Assembly (NCBI GenBank): GCA_045132495.1
Contig: JBGUSK010000075.1
Location: 350 to 64,349 of the forward strand
Length of the DNA stretch: 64,000 bases
Direction of reading: 5' to 3'
DNA from: Christensenellales bacterium
GTDB taxonomy: Bacteria > Bacillota > Clostridia > Christensenellales > Aristaeellaceae
A program made the translations under genes and the position numbers. The notes below the pieces were generated by a model. It did not search any database. It was not told where the DNA came from and saw only the letters and a program-made list of their open reading frames with translations. Shown here one piece after another: positions 17,915-25,535 of the stretch; position 1 is the first letter of the stretch; the number at the start of each line of letters is the position of its first letter.

Positions 17915-18742
17915 TCAACAGCAAATAATCCCCGGCCCATAGGGGCAGCACAGCTGCATCAGGCAGCACAGATAGCACAGGCGACTGGGATCAAAGAAGG
18001 TCGTTTTGTACCCGCCGGCATTCTGCTGGTAAGTCTGGCCGGACTGCCGATATTGCCGCAGAAGAGTCTGGTATACGCCATTGTTGGGGTCCATCTGACA
18101 GGCTCGGGTCATGTGCTCCACCGCCTGGATGGTATTGCCTGCGCCGTGATTTGCCACGCCGGAGAGATAATACCACCGGGCGTTGCGCTGGGCGCTCACC
18201 ACATTCGACAGGTGCAGAATGGCGGAGTTGTACGCCCGCATCTGAATATCGCGGATGGCCTGACGGACGAGTTCCGGGTCGCCGGGCTGCTCGGCAGGCG
18301 GAGGCACCTGGGTGCTCTGATAGCCGCCAAAGCCGAAGAAATCGTCAAACCCGAAGCCGCCGAAATCGCTCTGCCAGCCGCCGCGATTATACCCGCCCTG
18401 TCCGGAGGAATAGCCTCCGTATTGCTGACCGCCGTACTGCTGCCGCTGCTGGCCATAGGGATTTCCCTGCTGACCATAGCCGCCGTAGCTCTGACCGCCG
18501 TAGGCCTGTCCATAGGGATTGCCTCCATAGGGGTTTGGCTGCTGCTGACGCTGGCGGTACTTCTCCGGATTCATCAACATGTCGTAGGCTTCGTTGAGCT
18601 CGTTCATCTTTCGGGCTGCGTTGGAGTCCCCCGGGTGCAGGTCAGGGTGGCACTCCTTGGCCTTGCGACGATAGGCGCGCTTGATCTCCTCCTGCGTGGC
18701 GTTTTCCGATACGCCCAGCAGCTGATGGGGATTATTCACCAT
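17915..18742 (-). CDS. J-domain protein with Q/G/Y-rich linker, TPR-like segment and C-terminal cysteine string
   Basis: J domain with HPD (KECHPDLHP). About 90 aa of low-complexity NPYGGQ repeats. C-terminus LCYLCCLMQLCCPYGPGIICC. Confidence 0.85.
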   Translation of the reverse strand: MVNNPHQLLGVSENATQEEIKRAYRRKAKECHPDLHPGDSNAARKMNELNEAYDMLMNPEKYRQRQQQPNPYGGNPYGQAYGGQSYGGYGQQGNPYGQQRQQYGGQQYGGYSSGQGGYNRGGWQSDFGGFGFDDFFGFGGYQSTQVPPPAEQPGDPELVRQAIRDIQMRAYNSAILHLSNVVSAQRNARWYYLSGVANHGAGNTIQAVEHMTRACQMDPNNGVYQTLLRQYRQSGQTYQQNAGGYKTTFFDPSRLCYLCCLMQLCCPYGPGIICC

Positions 18743-19586
18743 GGCCTTCCACCTCGCTTTCCTTGTTCATCTTTTTATCCTTTTTGTGCAGATATTCATT
18801 GTAACCCTGCCACACGCCGGAATAGAGGATGTTGCGCAGGATCTCCTCATCCTGAATGAGCGGCAGCCTCTCGAAGGCTGCGGAGGCGTCTCCCAGCAGC
18901 AACTCAAGGGTATCGCGCATGTCCTCCGGCTTTTTCTCCATGAGGATGACCGGATTGTAGCTGCCAGATTTCACGTCCTTGTCGTAATCGCAGGTCGCGT
19001 CCAGCAGGTAGATATATCGGCCCAGGGAATACCCGAAGGCGCGCAGGGCATTCGCCCAGTAGTCCTCCTGCATCACGAAGAGCTCCGCCATTAATTCACC
19101 GAAGCACCGCGCCGCCGCATCGGGAGACGGGTCGCGCCGCTTCTCCACCTCAGAGAGGTCCGCCAGTGTGCGCTCGATGACTTCGCACTGCCTCGGCCAG
19201 TCCGCCCTGACCTTCGCGTAGGCCTTCTTCAGCGCTGCGGAGGCGCCCCTTGCAGCAAGGTTGTGATCATCCTGCCAGTCGTCCATGAGCTTGTGATATG
19301 TCAGCGCGATGGTCATATCTGCCGCGTAATCAGTGACGCGGGAGCGCACCCAATGGTGCGTTTTCACCGGATGAGGCACGCAGCGGCCCTCGCCGGAGGT
19401 TTCCTCCGGCTCATAAAGCGAGCCCAGAAAAACAGTCAGGTAGGTCAAGTCGAAGGTCAGCGCCATGCGAGCCATTTGGCCGTGGCGCGCGCCGATAGCA
19501 TGGCACAGCCCGCAGTAATGGGCCCGGTAGCGCTGCTGGTCGCTTTCCTGCATATCGACCAGGTTGGGTCTTACATAGCCAAACAT
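18732..19586 (-). CDS. DUF5685-like protein
   Basis: N-terminus MFGYVRPN...YRAHYCGLCHAIG matches my recollection of the DUF5685 start. It overlaps the J-protein start by 11 nt. Confidence 0.65.
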   Translation of the reverse strand: MFGYVRPNLVDMQESDQQRYRAHYCGLCHAIGARHGQMARMALTFDLTYLTVFLGSLYEPEETSGEGRCVPHPVKTHHWVRSRVTDYAADMTIALTYHKLMDDWQDDHNLAARGASAALKKAYAKVRADWPRQCEVIERTLADLSEVEKRRDPSPDAAARCFGELMAELFVMQEDYWANALRAFGYSLGRYIYLLDATCDYDKDVKSGSYNPVILMEKKPEDMRDTLELLLGDASAAFERLPLIQDEEILRNILYSGVWQGYNEYLHKKDKKMNKESEVEGHGE

Positions 19587-19593
19587 ACGCTTG

Positions 19594-20001
19594 TCACGCC
19601 TTCTGGTCGAACTGGTGCCTGCACACCGGGCAGGTGATGTGCTTCTCCCCGCACCCGCGGCGCAAGCGCAGGCGGTTCTTGCAGGAGGGGCAGCGGAAGT
19701 ACTTGTACTCCTTCGTACCCTTGAGGCGCAGGAAGAATTGCTTCACTTCCTTCTGCCAATTGTTCGCGAACTGCACGTAGCGGGCATTTTCCGCCTGACG
19801 CTTCTGCACATTCCGGCTCAGCATGCGGAAGAGCGCATAGATATACAGCGCATGGCCAACAAGGCTCAGCAGCGGCATGCCGATGAAGGTATTCACCAGC
19901 ACGACGATCAGCCCCGCCCACAGGGCATGATAGCCCAGATTATCCACACCGTTGCGGCCCTGCATGAAGCGCATGATCGCCATTTTGATCCGAGTCCACA
20001 T
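19594..20001 (-). CDS. Membrane protein with C-terminal zinc ribbon
   Basis: Trimmed to ATG 20001 (SD GAAGGAAG). Two TM helices followed by CPSCKN...CPVCRH. Confidence 0.6.
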   Translation of the reverse strand: MWTRIKMAIMRFMQGRNGVDNLGYHALWAGLIVVLVNTFIGMPLLSLVGHALYIYALFRMLSRNVQKRQAENARYVQFANNWQKEVKQFFLRLKGTKEYKYFRCPSCKNRLRLRRGCGEKHITCPVCRHQFDQKA

Positions 20002-20104
20002 AAGTCTTCCTTCTTTCCACGGGACAAGCCCGTCCCATTCCATGATACATTATAAATTATAATTGAGATTTTTCAACCGAATATGAACAGATATGCAAAG
20101 TTGA

Positions 20105-20133
20105 TTGAAAAAAACAGCTTCGGGGCTTATAAT
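20105..20133 (+). promoter_or_regulatory. SigA-type promoter of the GH2 gene
   Basis: TTGAAA, 17-nt spacer, TATAAT (20128-20133). Confidence 0.5.
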
Positions 20134-20169
20134 GTTGCCATCCGATTTCACATCAGCGAGGTGCGATGT

Positions 20170-22833
20170 ATGCAAAAGATCGATCTTTCCGGCCTGTGGC
20201 AGGTGTATCTGGACGCGGACAAGTCCCCTGCCCTGCCCGCCGTATATCCCGATGCAATAACCCTCCCCGGCACGACCTCCGCCGCCGGACTCGGCCCGGA
20301 AAATCCTGCCCGGGAAACCTATTTTCTCACCGACGCCCACAAATTCGAGGGGTATGCGTGGTTCATGCGCACCTTTGAAAGCGGCGACTGGCAGAACATG
20401 CAGGTGGAGCTCACCCTGGAGCGCACCCGCAAGACCACCGTGTTCCTCGACGGCAAAGAAGTCGGCAGCCAGGACAGCCTGTGCGCACCCCACCGCTATC
20501 TGCTGGAAGGGCTGACGGCGGGCGTCCACTCCCTCGTCGTGCGCGTGGACAACACCGACTACCCCACCCGCGGCGGCCATCTGACCAGCCAGGACACCCA
20601 GTCCAACTGGAACGGAATCACCGGCGAAATCAGCCTGACGGTTGCCAAGGCCATCGTCGGCCAGGTGCAGGTGTTCCCGGACATCGCAGGCGGCAGCCTC
20701 CGCATCCGGGCGGACGTGCTCGGCGAGCACAACGGCTTTGCCTCCGTCGCGCTGCCCGGCCAGATGGAGCAGCTCATCCCCATCGTGGATGACAAGCTGG
20801 ACGGCGTCCTCCCCCTGACCGGCAATGAAGCCCTCTGGGACGAGTTCTCCCCCAACCTGCACACCCTCTCCATCGACGTGGACGGCGACGTCTACATGAC
20901 CACCTTCGGCCTGCGCAAGTTTGAGGGCAAGGGCCGGAGCCTCCTGTGCAACGGGCGCGAGGTGTTCCTGCGCGGCAAGCACGACGGCCTCATCTTCCCC
21001 CTGACTGGCTACGCCCCCACCGACGTGGAAAGCTGGCGCAAGGTCATGCAGACCGCGAAGGATTACGGCGTGAATCACTACCGCTTCCACACCTGCTGTC
21101 CGCCGGATGCAGCTTTCACCGCCGCCGACGAGCTGGGCATTGCCATGTCCCCGGAGCTGCCCTTCTGGGGCACGATCCACGAGGAGGGCGAAGAGGGTTA
21201 CGATGCTGCCGAGCGCACCTTCCTGATCAAAGAGGGTTTCCGCATGCTGCGGGAGTTCGGGCATCACCCCAGCTTCGTGTTCCTGTCCATGGGCAACGAG
21301 CTGTGGGGCAGCAAGAAGGCCCTGAACGCCATGCTGGCCGACTACCGCAATTTCGACCCGGACAAGCTCTACGTTTCCGGCGCGAACAACTTCCAGTGGG
21401 TGCCCGAGGTGCTGGACGAAGAGGACGTCTTCGTGGGCGTGCGTCTGTCCGGCGAGCGGCTCATCCGCGGCAGCTACGCCATGTGCGACGCACCCCAGGG
21501 CATCGTGCAGACGACCGAGCCGGAATCCGTCACCAACTATGACAGGATGATCGCCCCTGAGGTCATGGCGGACAACGCCGGCAAAACCGGAAAGATTCAG
21601 ATTCAGTACGGCACAGGCGTGAAGGAAGTGGATGCGGAGAGCGCGCAGGCCTTCATCCCCGAGGTGCCGGTGATCAGCCATGAGGTCGGGCAGTATGAGT
21701 TCTACCCGGACTTCGATGAAATTGACAAATATACCGGCCCCCTCAAGGCCCGCAACTTCGAGGTTTTCCGGGAGAGGCTGCAAAAGGCTGGGCTTTGGGA
21801 AGACCACGAGCGTTTCTTCCGCGCGGCAGGCAAGCTGGCCATCGACTGCTACCGCCGGGAGATCGAGGCCTTCCTGCGCACGTCGGAATTGTCCGGTTTC
21901 CAGCTGCTCGACCTGCAGGACTTCACCGGCCAGGGCACCGCGCTGGTGGGCGTGCTGAACGCCTTCATGGAGTCCAAGGACCTCATCACCCCGGAGGCAT
22001 GGCGGGAATTCTGCGCGTCCACGGTGGTGCTGGGCGAGTTTGACAGGTTTGTCCTCGCCTGCGGGGAGGAAGTCCGCTTCAGTGTCCGCGTCAGCGAGTG
22101 CGACCCGCGCAAAGTGCATACCTCCGTGCACTGCGAGCTGATGGAGGGAGACGCCGTCCTCGCAGACATCACCGTACCGGTGCACAACACCGACCGCCGC
22201 CTGTCCGAAGCGGTGCAGGCATCGCTGGGGCAGGTGCACACCCTGCCCTTCCAGCCCCGCCGCCTCACCGTCCGATTGACACTGGAAGACGGCACCGTCA
22301 ATCACTACCCCCTGTGGGTGTTCCCCCGGTATCCCATCGAGATCACCGAGCAGGGCATCACGCTGGGCGACAAGCGGGTGGTGTTCGTGAAGTCCATCGA
22401 GGAGGCGAAGGCTTCCGCCGTGCCCGCCATTGTTATTCCATCCGCTGAAGGAAAGCTCCCCGCCACCTACGCCAGCGACTTCTGGTGCTACCCGATGTTC
22501 CGCTCCATCTCCGAGAGCATGGGCAAGCCGCTGCCCATCGGCACGCTGGGCCTGTGCGTGGATGCGCAGCACCCGTGGCTCAATTCCTTCACACAGGAGG
22601 ACCACACCACCCCCGCGTGGTACCGCGTCATCCAGACGGCCCACTGCGAGAATGTGGAATGTGCCGCACCGGTTATTCAGGTCATCGACAACACCGAGCG
22701 CTGCCAGCGGCTGTGCATCCTGTGGGAGCAGGAGGGCGTGCCCCACCTGACCGCCCGCCTGTGGGAGGACGCAGATGACGTGTCCGTTCAGGCCTTCGCG
22801 GCGTCGCTGCTGGAGGCATTGACATGCGCATAA
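20170..22833 (+). CDS. Glycoside hydrolase family 2-like protein
   Basis: Trimmed to ATG 20170 (SD GAGGTG). N-terminal sugar-binding-type domain (LSGLWQV), TIM-barrel segment NHYRFHTCCPPDAAFTAADELGIAMSPELPFWG and NELWG. Confidence 0.75.
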   Translation: MQKIDLSGLWQVYLDADKSPALPAVYPDAITLPGTTSAAGLGPENPARETYFLTDAHKFEGYAWFMRTFESGDWQNMQVELTLERTRKTTVFLDGKEVGSQDSLCAPHRYLLEGLTAGVHSLVVRVDNTDYPTRGGHLTSQDTQSNWNGITGEISLTVAKAIVGQVQVFPDIAGGSLRIRADVLGEHNGFASVALPGQMEQLIPIVDDKLDGVLPLTGNEALWDEFSPNLHTLSIDVDGDVYMTTFGLRKFEGKGRSLLCNGREVFLRGKHDGLIFPLTGYAPTDVESWRKVMQTAKDYGVNHYRFHTCCPPDAAFTAADELGIAMSPELPFWGTIHEEGEEGYDAAERTFLIKEGFRMLREFGHHPSFVFLSMGNELWGSKKALNAMLADYRNFDPDKLYVSGANNFQWVPEVLDEEDVFVGVRLSGERLIRGSYAMCDAPQGIVQTTEPESVTNYDRMIAPEVMADNAGKTGKIQIQYGTGVKEVDAESAQAFIPEVPVISHEVGQYEFYPDFDEIDKYTGPLKARNFEVFRERLQKAGLWEDHERFFRAAGKLAIDCYRREIEAFLRTSELSGFQLLDLQDFTGQGTALVGVLNAFMESKDLITPEAWREFCASTVVLGEFDRFVLACGEEVRFSVRVSECDPRKVHTSVHCELMEGDAVLADITVPVHNTDRRLSEAVQASLGQVHTLPFQPRRLTVRLTLEDGTVNHYPLWVFPRYPIEITEQGITLGDKRVVFVKSIEEAKASAVPAIVIPSAEGKLPATYASDFWCYPMFRSISESMGKPLPIGTLGLCVDAQHPWLNSFTQEDHTTPAWYRVIQTAHCENVECAAPVIQVIDNTERCQRLCILWEQEGVPHLTARLWEDADDVSVQAFAASLLEALTCA

Positions 22834-23774
22834 TTGCACCTGATTATTACCGCGAATTCCACTGCATCGCGGACAAATGCCGCCATTCCTGCTGCATCGG
22901 CTGGGAGATCGACATCGACTCGTCTGCCCGCGAGGCTTATCGGCGGGTGCCCGGGGACTTCGGCGCACGGCTGAATGCAGCCATTGAGGACGGCGAGGTC
23001 AGCAGCTTCCGCCTTGGCGAAGGCGAGCGCTGCCCAATGCTGAACGCCACCGGCCTGTGCGATCTGATCACCGAGCTGGGCGAAGAAAGCCTTTGCCAGA
23101 TCTGCGCGGATCACCCGCGGTTCCGCAACTTCTATGCAGACCGCACGGAAATCGGCCTCGGCATGTGCTGCGAGGAGGCGGCGCGGCTGATCCTCTCGCA
23201 GGAAGAGCCCATGCGACTGATCTTCCTGGAGGACGACGGTGCTGATGATGAACCCAACGAGGAGGAAGCCAACCTGCTGGCCCTGCGCACAGCGCTGATC
23301 TGCATCATGCAGAACGAAACCCAGCCCCTTGCCGCACGGCTGGACAGGCTGCTGGCTGCGGTGGATTTCACCATCCCTGAGCGCAACTGGGCGGCGGTTT
23401 ATCGCAATTTGGAGCGGCTTGACTCCACATGGGATCACTGTCTGAACCTGCTTGTTCCCAGGGGGCTTTCCGATCGCCCCCTGGACCCCTTCGGGGGCAC
23501 CTCCAAAGAGGCGAAATCCATGCAAAGAGCATGGAGCAACTTCACCGTATACCTGCTCTACCGGCACCTGCCGGGCGCGTTGGATGACGACGACATCCCC
23601 GGCCGGGTGGCCTTCTGCGTGTTGTCCACACGGGTGCTGATGGCCCTGTGTGCATCACACGAAAGCTGCACCCTGGCGGACTGTATCGAATTCGCCCGGA
23701 TGTACTCTGCTGAGATCGAGTACTCCGAGGACAACATCGCCGCGCTGCTGGACGCGCTCTGGGAGGAAGCATAA
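22824..23774 (+). CDS. Cys-rich FliB-family (flagellin lysine-N-methylase-like, YkgJ-type CxxCxxCC) protein
   Basis: N-terminus YYREFHCIADKCRHSCCIGWEIDID. It overlaps the GH2 stop by 10 nt and contains an in-frame REP-family insert. Confidence 0.6.
   Translation: MRIIAPDYYREFHCIADKCRHSCCIGWEIDIDSSAREAYRRVPGDFGARLNAAIEDGEVSSFRLGEGERCPMLNATGLCDLITELGEESLCQICADHPRFRNFYADRTEIGLGMCCEEAARLILSQEEPMRLIFLEDDGADDEPNEEEANLLALRTALICIMQNETQPLAARLDRLLAAVDFTIPERNWAAVYRNLERLDSTWDHCLNLLVPRGLSDRPLDPFGGTSKEAKSMQRAWSNFTVYLLYRHLPGALDDDDIPGRVAFCVLSTRVLMALCASHESCTLADCIEFARMYSAEIEYSEDNIAALLDALWEEA
23459..23530 (+). repeat. REP-like element (family 2) embedded in frame in a CDS
   Basis: 23459-23494 matches 36341-36376 at 35 of 36 nt. 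ATGCAAAGAGC (23520-23530) equals 36215-36225. The length is 72 nt, i.e. 24 codons. Confidence 0.7.
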
Positions 23775-24472
23775 TGGAAACCTTGCACGAATTTCACGCC
23801 CGGGTGGACGGCTTTCAGCATGATAGCCTGCCCCACGACGGCCCGCTGGTGACCAAGCCCCTGCTGGTGGAGAAGGTCGCCCCGGACGGCGGACTTCGCC
23901 CCTTTTTCGGGAATACAATGATCTTCGACCTGCCGCAGGATGTGCAGCTCACCATCACCCGGATGCAGCTCATCCTCCACCACCGCTGCGGGTGGATGCT
24001 GGCCCAGCCGCTCACCCCGGACACGCTGCATATGACCCTCCACGATCTGCTCAACGGCGTAGACGCAGACGGGCTGGCAGAGCCCGTCCGCCAAACGGGC
24101 GCGCAGGCGAAAGCCATCCTTGCCCGACAGCGCGCCGCCGGAATTCCGCCCATCCGCCTGAGCTCTACGCTGGCCTTCAACATGACAAACGGCAGCGTGG
24201 CCCTGGGATTTGCGCCGGATACCGAGACGGATTGCGCCGCCCTCATGAGCATGCACGCCGATTATCAGACCGTTGTCGCGCTGAACTACCCCCTCACGCC
24301 CCATGTGACGCTGGCCTACTACAAGCCCGGCAGCTACGGCCCGGAGGAGGTCGCCGCGCTGGCGGAAGCGCTTCACGAGATCAACAAGCTTCCGAAGGTA
24401 CACGTCACGGTGGACGCGGAATGCCTGCATTACTACACCTTTGAGGACATGAATAACTACATCAGGGGGTGA
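23774..24472 (+). CDS. 2H phosphoesterase superfamily protein (LigT/DUF1868-like)
   Basis: Two HxT motifs (LHMTLHD and PHVTLAYY). The ATG overlaps the upstream TAA (TAATG). Confidence 0.6.
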   Translation: METLHEFHARVDGFQHDSLPHDGPLVTKPLLVEKVAPDGGLRPFFGNTMIFDLPQDVQLTITRMQLILHHRCGWMLAQPLTPDTLHMTLHDLLNGVDADGLAEPVRQTGAQAKAILARQRAAGIPPIRLSSTLAFNMTNGSVALGFAPDTETDCAALMSMHADYQTVVALNYPLTPHVTLAYYKPGSYGPEEVAALAEALHEINKLPKVHVTVDAECLHYYTFEDMNNYIRG

Positions 24473-24473
24473 A

Positions 24474-25499
24474 ATGCCCATGACCATCGCCGACCTCCTC
24501 TTGCATCGCCTCCATGCCCAGCACCTGCTGTCTCCCTCTTCCGATCCGGCGGCGGACTTGTGCGGCATGCAGGCCCAGTTCCTGCGCAATGCCCTGCACG
24601 CCCTGCGCATCCGTTCCCATGAGGTGTACCTGGATGACCTGGTCAAAACCTGGACGCTGCGCGGCACGGTGCATCTGGTTCCGGAGCGCGACCTGCCGCT
24701 GTACATCCGTCATTGCGGCACAGCGGAGGACGTATGCCAGTCCGGGTGGTATCAGTGGACAGCCGGGCGCGGCCACGCCAATCCCCCGGAGCGGGAGCGG
24801 CATTTCGCCCGGCTCATGGTGGACGCCATCGCGAACGGCATTGACGATCGGGAAGCGCTGCGGCTTCATCTCCGTAGCTGCGGCATGACAGAGGACGAGG
24901 AAGCCCGCGTCTTCAACCCCTGGGGCGGGCTGATCGCCGAGCTGGCGAACGTCGGCGTGATCGCCTTCCGCGTGGAGGAAACCAAGCGCTACCGACTGCT
25001 TGCGCCCTTTGAGCCGATGGATGAATCCGCCGCGCATCTGGAACTGGCCCGCCGCTATTTCACCCACTACGGCCCGGCGACGCTGCGGGACGCAGCCTAC
25101 TTCTTCCACTGGACGCAGACAGAGGTGAAGGCGCTGCTGGCACAGCTCCCTGTGGAGAGCATGGTCGCTGCAAACCGGACGTACTTCTACATCCCCTGCG
25201 GCGAGCCGGAACAGGACACGCCGGACTGCATCCTGCTGGCGGGCTTCGATCCGCTGATGCTGGGCTACCGCAAGGAGGACAACCCCTTCCTGCCGCCAGC
25301 CCATCTGCGGGGGATCTTCAATCTCGCCGGCATCGTGAACCCGGCGATCCTGCTGCACGGCAGGGTTGTCGGCAAGTGGAAGGAGAAGAACGGCAATGTG
25401 GAGCTGACCGCTTTTGAAGCCATCCCCGACGCTGACCGGGAAGTCATCATCGAGGAGACCATCCGCCAGTTCGTTCCGAAGAAAATCAAGTGGACATGA
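24474..25499 (+). CDS. Winged-helix YcaQ/AlkZ-family (DUF1006) DNA glycosylase-like protein
   Basis: LHRLHAQHLL and TWTLRGTVHLV segments are typical of the family as I recall it. 341 aa. Confidence 0.7.
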   Translation: MPMTIADLLLHRLHAQHLLSPSSDPAADLCGMQAQFLRNALHALRIRSHEVYLDDLVKTWTLRGTVHLVPERDLPLYIRHCGTAEDVCQSGWYQWTAGRGHANPPERERHFARLMVDAIANGIDDREALRLHLRSCGMTEDEEARVFNPWGGLIAELANVGVIAFRVEETKRYRLLAPFEPMDESAAHLELARRYFTHYGPATLRDAAYFFHWTQTEVKALLAQLPVESMVAANRTYFYIPCGEPEQDTPDCILLAGFDPLMLGYRKEDNPFLPPAHLRGIFNLAGIVNPAILLHGRVVGKWKEKNGNVELTAFEAIPDADREVIIEETIRQFVPKKIKWT

Positions 25500-25500
25500 G

Positions 25501-25528
25501 AAGGACGCTGCACAATCGCAGCGTCCTT
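25501..25528. terminator. Bidirectional hairpin terminator
   Basis: 11-bp stem AAGGACGCTGC / GCAGCGTCCTT. Confidence 0.65.
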
Positions 25529-25535
25529 TGTGTTA

